This document shows positions 15,438-23,578 of a stretch of 32,000 nt of DNA, in pieces. Position 1 is the stretch's first letter. Each line of letters starts with the position of its first letter. Source of the DNA: Candidatus Parvarchaeota archaeon (lineage in GTDB: Archaea; Nanobdellota; Nanobdellia; B33-G15); NCBI GenBank assembly GCA_017608385.1, contig JAFCFZ010000002.1:10335-42334 (forward strand). Direction: 5' to 3'. The notes beneath the pieces are model-generated. The model worked only from the letters and a program-made list of their open reading frames with translations, was not told the DNA's origin and ran no database searches. A program made the position numbers and the translations under genes.

Positions 15438-16121
15438 TTACTTTTTATTCTCATCACATAATTCTTTTTGTTCACAATAATTACACATCCAATTCCATTC
15501 TCTTATCTCCTTAGCTTCTGGATTTGGAAGTTCATCTTTTTTCAGTGTTTCATGAATTTTTTTAAATCTATTTATTATATTTTCTGATTTCTCTTCACAA
15601 TATTTTACCTCAAATGTCTTTGTTTTTAGATCTCTTTTATCAACATACAATAATATTCCTTTTTTAATCCCACTTGCGTGCATATAAAATTGGATTTGAG
15701 ATTCATGTTGGGATTGAGGTTTAGTGACAAAGTCAACATTTCTTGTGCTTTTTACTTCAACCAAACATTGTTCTCCACTGGATTTCAATAACATTAGGTC
15801 ATCAACCCTCCCCGAAATAGTAAAATCTTCTATTTCCATTTTAACTGGAAATTCTTCTCTAAGAAGCTCAACACTGGGTGTTTTTTGACTTTTTATAACC
15901 TCTGCAACAAAATCATGGATTATATTACCTAATTCAAAAACCTTCAATAACTGTGGTTCCACTTCTTTAGGATATTTATAAGAATACCATATCTTTCTCA
16001 AACACTTACCTACTTCACTTGGATAATATCTACCGATTCCCTTAGGCTTACTTTCTCTTTCAAGGTGTTTGTCAATAAGAACATCAAAGTCAATCATAAT
16101 TAATCTCCTCAACTTCCTCAT
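15438..16121 (-). CDS. Cas4-like / RecB-family PD-(D/E)xK exonuclease with a 4-Cys cluster
   Basis: One N-terminal Cys (GKCLRKIWY) plus C-terminal CNYCEQKELC (CxxCx5C). Also GRVDDLML...LVEVKS (D...ExK) and QIQFYMHA (QxxxY). The real start may be the second ATG at 16097, which has a GGAGA box upstream. Confidence 0.72.
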   Translation of the reverse strand: MRKLRRLIMIDFDVLIDKHLERESKPKGIGRYYPSEVGKCLRKIWYSYKYPKEVEPQLLKVFELGNIIHDFVAEVIKSQKTPSVELLREEFPVKMEIEDFTISGRVDDLMLLKSSGEQCLVEVKSTRNVDFVTKPQSQHESQIQFYMHASGIKKGILLYVDKRDLKTKTFEVKYCEEKSENIINRFKKIHETLKKDELPNPEAKEIREWNWMCNYCEQKELCDENKK

Positions 16122-16186
16122 AAAAATTTATTCATTGGTTTTCCACAAATAGAATAATTTAATAATTGATGAATTGAAAAACTCTT

Positions 16187-16540
16187 ATGATGTTCAAACA
16201 AGTCATAATTATAAGAATGGATCTAAAGATGAGTAAAGGAAAGGTTGCTGCTCAAACAGCCCATGCAAGCCTTAGTTCTTCTATGAAAGCCATGAAAACC
16301 AAGAAATCATGGTTTGATATATGGAATGCTCAAGGTCAAAAAAAAGTTGTTTTGAAAGGAAAAAGTCTAAAACAATTGGAAAAACTAAAAATGAATGCAA
16401 TTTCTCAAAAACTCCCTTGGGAATTAATTAGAGATAGAGGGCTAACTGAAGTAGAACCTGGAACAGTTACTTGTTTAGCAATAGGTCCTGGACCAGAAGA
16501 AATTGTAAATAAGGTAACAGGTGACCTCCCACTTCTATGA
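16187..16540 (+). CDS. pth2: Peptidyl-tRNA hydrolase, archaeal type
   Basis: 117 aa. Motifs VIIIRMDLKMSKGKVAAQTAHAS and GLTEVEPGTVTCLAIGP. Confidence 0.9.
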   Translation: MMFKQVIIIRMDLKMSKGKVAAQTAHASLSSSMKAMKTKKSWFDIWNAQGQKKVVLKGKSLKQLEKLKMNAISQKLPWELIRDRGLTEVEPGTVTCLAIGPGPEEIVNKVTGDLPLL

Positions 16541-17469
16541 AAATCATAATTGATCAAATAAAAGTACCCCCTGGAAAAAAAGTTAGGGGAGCTCTAAAAG
16601 TAGGTGAATTGCCGGATACATCTGAGATAATGATTCCTGTAACTATAATCAATGGTACCAAAAAAGGACCCACTTTGGCCATTATATCAAGTGTACATGG
16701 AAATGAAGTTAATGGTGCTGAAGTATGTTTTAGGATTGCTAACTCAATCAATCCTGAAAATTTAAGTGGAAAAATAATAATTGTCCCTATAGCAAATCCT
16801 TTAGCGTATAATTCGAGAATTAGAAAAACTCCCCAGGATGAAAAAGACATGAATAGGTGTTTCCCTGGAAACAAAGAAGGATCTATCACACAAAAAATGG
16901 CTTACACATTATATAATAATGTGATAAAGGGATCAGATTTCTTGATAGATATTCATTCTGGATCTAAATCATTTAGAATGGTTAATTTTGCCAAGATATT
17001 TGATGAGAGTGATTCTTTTATAAAAAGCAAGTTCTTTGGTTTCAAATTCGTAAAAGTTAGAACAACATTAGAAGGTTCTCTAACTCATTCAGCAAATGAA
17101 TCAGGAGTAAAGAGTTTTTGTATTGAAACTGGAGAAGGGGGTAGATTAGAAGAAGAATTTATCTCGGAGACTCTAACAAATATAATAAATTTTATGAAGT
17201 ATCTGAAAATAATCGAAGGGGTGCCTAAGAGTATGGAACCTATCTTTCTTTACAATGAAGAAAGGATCTTATCTCCAAAAGGAGGCTTATTGGTCCCAAA
17301 TGTAGATGTTGGTCAAAAAGTTAGGAAAAGAACAGTTTTAGGTGAAATTCACAATCCATTTACTGGTGAAAAAGAAGTGATAAAATCAAACTCAGAGGGA
17401 TGGGTTGTTGGAATTAAAAGAGAACCTCAAACCTATACAGGAGAAAAAACATTTTTGATTTATCATTGA
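16537..17469 (+). CDS. AstE/AspA-family (succinylglutamate desuccinylase/aspartoacylase-like, M14-related) zinc amidohydrolase
   Basis: SSVHGNEVNGAEV supplies His/Glu zinc ligands and FLIDIHSGS a second His. 310 aa. Its start overlaps the pth2 stop as ATGA. Confidence 0.7.
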   Translation: MKIIIDQIKVPPGKKVRGALKVGELPDTSEIMIPVTIINGTKKGPTLAIISSVHGNEVNGAEVCFRIANSINPENLSGKIIIVPIANPLAYNSRIRKTPQDEKDMNRCFPGNKEGSITQKMAYTLYNNVIKGSDFLIDIHSGSKSFRMVNFAKIFDESDSFIKSKFFGFKFVKVRTTLEGSLTHSANESGVKSFCIETGEGGRLEEEFISETLTNIINFMKYLKIIEGVPKSMEPIFLYNEERILSPKGGLLVPNVDVGQKVRKRTVLGEIHNPFTGEKEVIKSNSEGWVVGIKREPQTYTGEKTFLIYH

Positions 17470-18410
17470 TATTTTTTGATAAAATGTATTGTTTTACTTA
17501 TAAAATCAGAAACAGTGTCATCATCAGAATAAAAATTTCTAGCATTAAAATATAGATAATCTGCAATTCTTTTGAATAGATTTATTCCAGTTACTTTAGT
17601 TATGTAAAAACCAGGGTTCATATTACACTCAATAACATATGGTTTTCCATTGCTTTCAATAATATCTACTCCACAAATGTCTGCACCTATTGCTTTGGCT
17701 GCTTTTACAGCTATTTTCTTCATTTCATCAGTTGGTTCAAACTTTTGGTATTTTCCTCCTGCATGAATATTACTTCTTATATCCTCTTTGTGAGCAATTC
17801 TCTTGGCAGCAGCATGAACCTCATCCCCTATTACAAAAAGCCTGATATCTTCTCCAGGATTTGGAAGAAACTCTTCAACAAGAACTTTTTCACCTCTCTT
17901 AGTTGAAAGAGCATCTATAATTGTTTTGGTTGATTTCAAATCTTTTGCATAAACAACTCCCTTTCCTCCAGAACCACCATCTGTCTTGATTATTATAGGA
18001 AGCCCTACCTCTTTTGATGCTGACTTAGCTAATTCCTTGGAAGTCACAGCAATTGTTTTTGGAACAGGTATTCCCTTCTCAGACAATAACATTAATGTTC
18101 TAAATTTATCATTAGCTATCAAATAAGAATCTGGCTTATTTGGAAAGTAAGTATTTCCCTCTAATGTTTTTAAGATAAGATGTCCAAAATCAACATAACT
18201 AGGACCTAATCTAGGAAGTATAACATCAAAATCATGAAGATTTTGGTCTCTGTATTTTATTGTGCTTCCTTTTTCATCAACTGACATTGAAATTTTTTCA
18301 ATAGGAATCATAAGAACAGAATCAAATCTCTTTTTCATTTCTTCAAGAAGACTCATATATAGTTCTTTTGATTGCTTTATGCCCTTATATGATAATATAC
18401 AAGCTTTCAT
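17463..18410 (-). CDS. rimK: RimK/LysX-family ATP-grasp ligase (alpha-L-glutamate ligase-like)
   Basis: The track ORF begins with TTG at 18413; the ATG is at 18410. ATP-grasp signatures are PIIIKTDGGSGGKGV, LVEEFL, DIRLFVIGDEV, RSNIHAGG and GVDIIESNGKPYVIECNMNPGF. Confidence 0.85.
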   Translation of the reverse strand: MKACILSYKGIKQSKELYMSLLEEMKKRFDSVLMIPIEKISMSVDEKGSTIKYRDQNLHDFDVILPRLGPSYVDFGHLILKTLEGNTYFPNKPDSYLIANDKFRTLMLLSEKGIPVPKTIAVTSKELAKSASKEVGLPIIIKTDGGSGGKGVVYAKDLKSTKTIIDALSTKRGEKVLVEEFLPNPGEDIRLFVIGDEVHAAAKRIAHKEDIRSNIHAGGKYQKFEPTDEMKKIAVKAAKAIGADICGVDIIESNGKPYVIECNMNPGFYITKVTGINLFKRIADYLYFNARNFYSDDDTVSDFISKTIHFIKKYQ

Positions 18411-18442
18411 CAAAAAAGAACTCTACAGTTGGATTAAAAAAC

Positions 18443-18760
18443 CTATTTATCTACTTTAATAGTCATTCCAGATAAGTCTCTTCTTCCGATAATCATTTTA
18501 TATTTCATATTGGACCTGTCTGTAATAGATCCAATTGTTTCTATTTCTTTCCCTGAAATAATAAATTTTAATGATATTAACTCTCTGCATCCTCTTCCAA
18601 GTGCAGATTTAAAGCCCTTTTTGGCCCCCGTTTTATCAAAACCAATTTCATCAGCTAAATCCTTATCTAAGGAAGTTCTCCATGCTCCAGTATCTATTTT
18701 CGCAAGAATCTTCTTTCTTTTTTTCCCAACTAAAACAACTTCTTCAATTATCTTTATCAT
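18443..18760 (-). CDS. Retropepsin-like aspartic protease of the RimK-associated DUF785 type
   Basis: AKIDTGAWRTSL contains the D-T-G-A aspartic-protease motif, and the small single-domain size fits. The track ORF starts with GTG at 18790; the ATG at 18760 (MIKIIEE...) is more plausible. Confidence 0.65.
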   Translation of the reverse strand: MIKIIEEVVLVGKKRKKILAKIDTGAWRTSLDKDLADEIGFDKTGAKKGFKSALGRGCRELISLKFIISGKEIETIGSITDRSNMKYKMIIGRRDLSGMTIKVDK

Positions 18761-19247
18761 ACCACCACTTCGAAAGCGAGAACATTGCACCTGGTCTGTT
18801 CTTCATTACCTTAAGCAATAGCTCATTTGTTTTAAAATCTCCTGAAAAATCTATTTTTTTCATTTTGAGATAAGCTTCAATTTCAGAATAAGGGAAGTTA
18901 AAAAGAGGATAAAGTGTTTTTTCATTTACCTTGAATTTTGGCCATTTTCCTGAAAAAATCTCTTTAATGAACTTCTCTGAAAGAATATCAAGAAATTCTG
19001 AAATTACTTTCTTTCCCTTATTAGATTTTTTATATGGCATTCCTTCTAACATTATTTTTAAAAAAATATCCTCTGGTTTTTTAGATATTTTATAAGATAT
19101 CTTGTCTCCTTTTTTCAACATTTTCAAATTTTTTATGTTTTTTTTGAATCTTTTATGCATTAATTTCTCAAAGTGTCTTTTACAAAAGCCTTTTTTGAGA
19201 TATGGAAGTACTATATATGATTTTGATTTACAAAAACTGCAGTTCAT
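18744..19247 (-). CDS. Zinc-ribbon protein resembling a truncated, PP-loop-less TtuA/NcsA/TilS-type ATPase
   Basis: The N-terminal CSFC...FCKRHF finger, KKGDKISYKISKKPEDIFL where SGGxDS would sit, LYPLFNFPYSEIEAYL and LLLKVMKNRPGAMFSL follow the order of PP-loop thiolase motifs. The nucleotide-binding loop is absent and the protein is only 167 aa. Confidence 0.4.
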   Translation of the reverse strand: MNCSFCKSKSYIVLPYLKKGFCKRHFEKLMHKRFKKNIKNLKMLKKGDKISYKISKKPEDIFLKIMLEGMPYKKSNKGKKVISEFLDILSEKFIKEIFSGKWPKFKVNEKTLYPLFNFPYSEIEAYLKMKKIDFSGDFKTNELLLKVMKNRPGAMFSLSKWWYDKDN

Positions 19248-19283
19248 ATAAATTATTAAAAAGCAAGTTTTATCTATTTTTTC

Positions 19284-20342
19284 ATGAAGAGAATAGAGAA
19301 GTTGATTTCAGAAGCTGAAAACATATGTGTTATCACACATACAGACACAGATGGAATATGTTCTGCTGGAATTTTATTAAAAGCATTAAAAAAAATCACA
19401 AAAAAGGATATAGAAATCAAATTAGCTTCTGCTAGTATTTTAAGAACGAAAAAATTTTATGAAAATTTACCAATTTCAGACTTAATAATTTTCACAGATT
19501 TACCAATTGACCAATCTTGGGATATTGCTGATAAAGAAATAGGTAATAAAAAAATAATAATAATTGATCACCACATCCCATTAAGAAACCTAAACAGTAG
19601 TAAAATTATACATATTAATCCAATGTTTGATAGAGATATTTATATACCTGCATCAAAAATTGTTTTTGACATATTTTCTGATATTGTAGATATAAAAAAG
19701 TATGATTGGATGGCTGCAGTTGGAATTTTAGGAGATATGGGGATGGCAGATTCAAAGGTTTTTTTGAAAAATATTTTCAAAAAATACAATTTCGAATCAA
19801 AAAAAAAGGACATGAGAGATACTCTTTTCACAAAGGTAGATGAATTAATTGGTTCTGCAATGATTTGTAAAGGAGAAGAAGGGGCAATGAGATCCTTAAA
19901 AATTGTTGAAAATTCTGAAAGATATGAAGATATTCTTGAAAATGAAGAATTAAACTCATATCGAAAAAAAGTAGAGAATTATTTAGAAGAATTAAAAAAT
20001 GAGTTTGAAAAAACAGCAGAGTATTTCAAAGAAATTGATACAATAATGTTTGAAACAAGTCCAAAATACAATATAGGTTCAGTTCTTGCCACAGTAGTTA
20101 GTAGAAAGATCCTTGACAAAACAATAATTATACTCAATAAAAGAAGTAAAACTGTTAATCTTAATTTCAGAAGACAAGATGGAAAGGTAGATGTCAAAGA
20201 ATTAGCTGAATTTGCCACGCAAGGAATTGGAAAAGGGGGTGGCCACAAAAAGGCTGCTGGAGGAACAATTTCTATTGACAAAATTGATGAATTTAAGATA
20301 AGAGTAATGTCATGGTTAATGTCAAAAGACAAGCGGAAATAG
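19284..20342 (+). CDS. DHH/DHHA1 phosphoesterase (RecJ-like / nanoRNase-like)
   Basis: Motifs ICVITHTDTDGICSAG, IIIDHHIP and GKGGGHKKAAGG (DHHA1 GGGH). Confidence 0.8.
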   Translation: MKRIEKLISEAENICVITHTDTDGICSAGILLKALKKITKKDIEIKLASASILRTKKFYENLPISDLIIFTDLPIDQSWDIADKEIGNKKIIIIDHHIPLRNLNSSKIIHINPMFDRDIYIPASKIVFDIFSDIVDIKKYDWMAAVGILGDMGMADSKVFLKNIFKKYNFESKKKDMRDTLFTKVDELIGSAMICKGEEGAMRSLKIVENSERYEDILENEELNSYRKKVENYLEELKNEFEKTAEYFKEIDTIMFETSPKYNIGSVLATVVSRKILDKTIIILNKRSKTVNLNFRRQDGKVDVKELAEFATQGIGKGGGHKKAAGGTISIDKIDEFKIRVMSWLMSKDKRK

Positions 20343-21534
20343 TATATTGCAATATCTGCCTTGAAACTTTTTTATCCTTGATTATTCTTGACCAAAAATT
20401 CTTATTCAATATTGAACCAACAATTGCAAAAGAAATTGCCATAGCTCCAGAAGATATTGTCAGGTTTCCTGAAGAGACCAATAAAGCCATAGATGCAACA
20501 ACTGGTGTTGCAGCAATCATGCCTACAAAAAAGGATACTGGAAGCAATAAAAACAAAGAAAAATTGATTATAAAGTCCCCTACAAAGGTAAGAGCAAAGA
20601 ATACCAAAGCAAATTTCATAGCAGAAATCAAGGAATATGGTGATTCAATCTTTGATTTTACTTTTCCAAATTTCATTTTCAAACTAGCTATTACAAACAA
20701 AAAGAGAAATGTAGGAACTAAATTCAAAGAAAGCTTGATAATAAAATCATAGGATGGATAAATTATTGATGCAACCACAATACAGCTCAATATCATTGCT
20801 GAAATAGTTAATAAAATTGAAGGGAACACATCCTTCTTGTTCTTTCTATTCGCATGACATTCAGCAAGAGTGTAAGCAGTGGCTTCTGAATTGACAAAAC
20901 CTCCAAAAAAACCAATAATTGGTTCTCCTTTGTTTTCAAACGTCCTCATAAGTATAAATGAAAAGAACTGGATCAAAGAAACTATAACAACAATTAGCCA
21001 AAACTGATATGGGTTAAAAACACCAAAAGGATCTATTGTTTGATTAGGTAATAAAGGGAGGATTACAAAAGTTATTATTGAAAATTTAATGGCAGATAAT
21101 AATTCCTTTCTATTCATGCTTTTAACAATCAAATGAAGTTCTTTTCTAACAGCCAAAACAGAAGTTACCATCACTGCTAAAACAACTGCAAGCAAATTCT
21201 CTCCAAAACCAATTAAGACTCCAGTAATAAATATCAAAATTCCAGCAACAAAAGTTGTTATGCCTGTTGCTTTGTAAAGCCTCATTCTTGACCAATAAGA
21301 CAAAGATAGTGCAACCAAAGTTGAAGCAAGACCAAAACCTATTGACCAATTAAGATCTATAAATTCTTGAAAAATAACAGACATAAAACCCAATAAACAA
21401 AGAAACATAGAGGTTCTAATTCCTATCAATAATTTTCTCTTTTCTACTTCTTTACCAAATTCTCTCTCAAGACCAACAAGTCCTCCAAGCCCCATTGCCA
21501 TAAGAGCTCCTGTTACAACAGATAGGGGTTCCAT
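20293..21534 (-). CDS. MgtC/SapB-family membrane protein with extended C-terminal membrane domain
   Basis: MEPLSVVTGALMAMGLGGLVGLEREFG is the MgtC N-terminal signature, followed by many TM helices. The track start at 21579 would overlap the divergent dph2 fragment, so I prefer the ATG at 21534. Confidence 0.65.
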   Translation of the reverse strand: MEPLSVVTGALMAMGLGGLVGLEREFGKEVEKRKLLIGIRTSMFLCLLGFMSVIFQEFIDLNWSIGFGLASTLVALSLSYWSRMRLYKATGITTFVAGILIFITGVLIGFGENLLAVVLAVMVTSVLAVRKELHLIVKSMNRKELLSAIKFSIITFVILPLLPNQTIDPFGVFNPYQFWLIVVIVSLIQFFSFILMRTFENKGEPIIGFFGGFVNSEATAYTLAECHANRKNKKDVFPSILLTISAMILSCIVVASIIYPSYDFIIKLSLNLVPTFLFLFVIASLKMKFGKVKSKIESPYSLISAMKFALVFFALTFVGDFIINFSLFLLLPVSFFVGMIAATPVVASMALLVSSGNLTISSGAMAISFAIVGSILNKNFWSRIIKDKKVSRQILQYTISACLLTLTMTLLLS

Positions 21535-21568
21535 AAGCTTTAATATGGGTTTCTGATTTAAAATCATT

Positions 21569-21766
21569 ATGAAAAACATATTGATTCAGCTTCCAGATGG
21601 TTTAAAACCAAAATTCTCTGACTTCTACAAAGAATACAAGAAAAACAACAATGAAATCCTTATTTGGGCAGGTTCTAATTTTGGAGCTTGTGATATACCT
21701 AGCATTAAAATAAAGGATTTGACATTAATTAATGTAGGTCATAATAACTTCCCACCGAGGATATGA
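21569..21766 (+). pseudogene. dph2: N-terminal remnant of diphthamide synthase subunit Dph2
   Basis: The 65-aa ORF ILIQLPDGLKPKF...ILIWAGSNFGACDIP...LINVGHNNF lines up with the first ~70 residues of archaeal Dph2 (VLIQSPEGL...GEINYGACD...LIHLGHS). It stops 4 nt before rnhB, so the remaining ~270 residues are missing here. Confidence 0.6.
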
Positions 21767-21769
21767 AAC

Positions 21770-22417
21770 ATGAAAATAATGGGTATTGATGAAGCAGGTA
21801 GAGGTTCAATTATAGGTCCTATGGTTATTTGTGGCGCTATAATTGAAAAGGATAAGATGAAAGACTTGAAATCAATTGATGTCAAAGATTCTAAAATGCT
21901 TTCTCCAAAAAAAAGAGAGGAAATGGAGAGAAAAATAAAAAAAATATGTAAAACTGATGTCCGAGTTATTCCAGCAGAAGAAATAGACATGAATATGGGT
22001 TCTGGAATCAATCTAAATCAAATCGAAGCAATTCATATGGCAAGAATCATAAACAAAACTAAACCAGATAAAGTTTACATAGATGCTCTGAGTGGAATCC
22101 CAAAATTTGTCCAATTCATGGAAAAGTTTCTAGAACACAAAGCTCAAATGATCTTTGAACATAAAGCAGATGAAAAGTATCCAATTGTTTCTGCAGCCAG
22201 TATTGTTGCTAAAGTAAAGAGGGACAGTGAAATGAAAAGAATAGAAAATGAAGTAGGTTTAGAATTGGGGGTAGGTTACCCACATGATATAAAAAGCACA
22301 AATGGACTGAAAAACAACATGAGGAACAAAGATTTCATGAAATATGTTAGAAGAAGTTGGAGTACATATTCTCGAATAAAGGAAGAAATTGAACAAAAGA
22401 GATTAAAAGATTATTGA
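21770..22417 (+). CDS. rnhB: Ribonuclease HII
   Basis: MGIDEAGRGSIIGPMVICG, DSKMLSPKKRE, YIDALS and SAASIVAKVKRD. Confidence 0.92.
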   Translation: MKIMGIDEAGRGSIIGPMVICGAIIEKDKMKDLKSIDVKDSKMLSPKKREEMERKIKKICKTDVRVIPAEEIDMNMGSGINLNQIEAIHMARIINKTKPDKVYIDALSGIPKFVQFMEKFLEHKAQMIFEHKADEKYPIVSAASIVAKVKRDSEMKRIENEVGLELGVGYPHDIKSTNGLKNNMRNKDFMKYVRRSWSTYSRIKEEIEQKRLKDY

Positions 22418-22426
22418 GGTGCACTC

Positions 22427-23578
22427 ATGAAGTTTGTACATTTTTCAGATACACACTTAGGGAAAAAAAATTTCAAAATAGATGAAAGAGAAAAGGACTT
22501 TGAAATAGCTTTCAAAAAAGTAATAGATTTTGCTATAGATAAAAAAGTAGATTTTGTTATTCATTCGGGAGATATTGTAGATACAGGAAAGCCAAGTTAT
22601 GATTCTATTAATTTTTTAGTTTCCCAATTAAAACGTCTAAAAAAAGAAGATATTGGTTTCTTCACTGTTCCTGGTTCACATGATGTGGCGCCAGATGGAA
22701 CAATCATTTCTGTTTTAGACAGAGTAGAATTACTTGTTAATGTGGGTTCCAAAAAATACTATAAAAGTCAAGAAGATAAAGTGATTCTCAGAGGAGAAGT
22801 TTACAAAAATGTGTTTATTGCAGGAATGATGGGTAAAAGATCAAAAATAATTGATTTTTACAAAAAATTGGTTCCAAAATTTGAAGAAAGTAAGTTCAAA
22901 ATCTTCATTTTCCACCACATTATTCATGACATTTCTGAAAAATTTGGGGATATTCCAAAAGAAGTTCTACCAAAAGGTTTTGATTATTATGCTGGAGGAC
23001 ATACTCATACTAAATATATTGCTCCTTATGAAAAAGGAATAATTGTTTATCCCGGTTCCTCAGAAATTTGGGACATAAGGGAAAAAGAAGAGAAGGGTTT
23101 CTTTTACTATGATCAAAAAATTGAATGGATTCCTCTAAAAACAAGAAATTTCATTGAAATAGACATTAGGATTTCTGGTTCTCCTGAACAAATAACAGAT
23201 AAAATATTGAATAAAATAGGAAATTCAGATGGAGCTATCTTACTCATTAGAATAAAGGGGAAATTAACAAGAGGAACTAAGTCAGAAATTAATCGGAATA
23301 AAATACTTGAAATGGCTCAAGAGAGGGGCTATTTATTTGCAAACATCTATTTGTCAGATTTAACAAATCCTGATGAAGAAGAAATTGATTCAGATGAAAA
23401 AAGTTTGGATGAGATCGAAAGGGATTATCTTAAAAAGAAAAAATATTCTGGTAAAAATCTTGACATTGCTCTAGAAATGATAGAAATATTTGGGAAAAAA
23501 ATGAATCAAACAGATCTTGAAAAAGCTACCAAAGAAATAATCAAAATGGGTGAATTAATTGAAGATAAAATCAATTGA
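22427..23578 (+). CDS. mre11: DNA double-strand-break repair nuclease Mre11
   Basis: Phosphoesterase motifs FVHFSDTHLG, HSGDIVD, PGSHD, IFHHI and GGHTH. A GAGGTG box lies upstream of the ATG. Confidence 0.9.
   Translation: MKFVHFSDTHLGKKNFKIDEREKDFEIAFKKVIDFAIDKKVDFVIHSGDIVDTGKPSYDSINFLVSQLKRLKKEDIGFFTVPGSHDVAPDGTIISVLDRVELLVNVGSKKYYKSQEDKVILRGEVYKNVFIAGMMGKRSKIIDFYKKLVPKFEESKFKIFIFHHIIHDISEKFGDIPKEVLPKGFDYYAGGHTHTKYIAPYEKGIIVYPGSSEIWDIREKEEKGFFYYDQKIEWIPLKTRNFIEIDIRISGSPEQITDKILNKIGNSDGAILLIRIKGKLTRGTKSEINRNKILEMAQERGYLFANIYLSDLTNPDEEEIDSDEKSLDEIERDYLKKKKYSGKNLDIALEMIEIFGKKMNQTDLEKATKEIIKMGELIEDKIN

Noticed and set aside
1053-16121. Reading PIN nuclease + HIT protein + methyltransferase + Cas4-like nuclease as a defence island or toxin-antitoxin cluster.
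   Set aside because: These genes are scattered among housekeeping genes and are not adjacent to each other. The PIN protein has no small antitoxin partner and looks like the conserved Fcf1-type rRNA-processing PIN. No restriction, helicase or ATPase partners are present.
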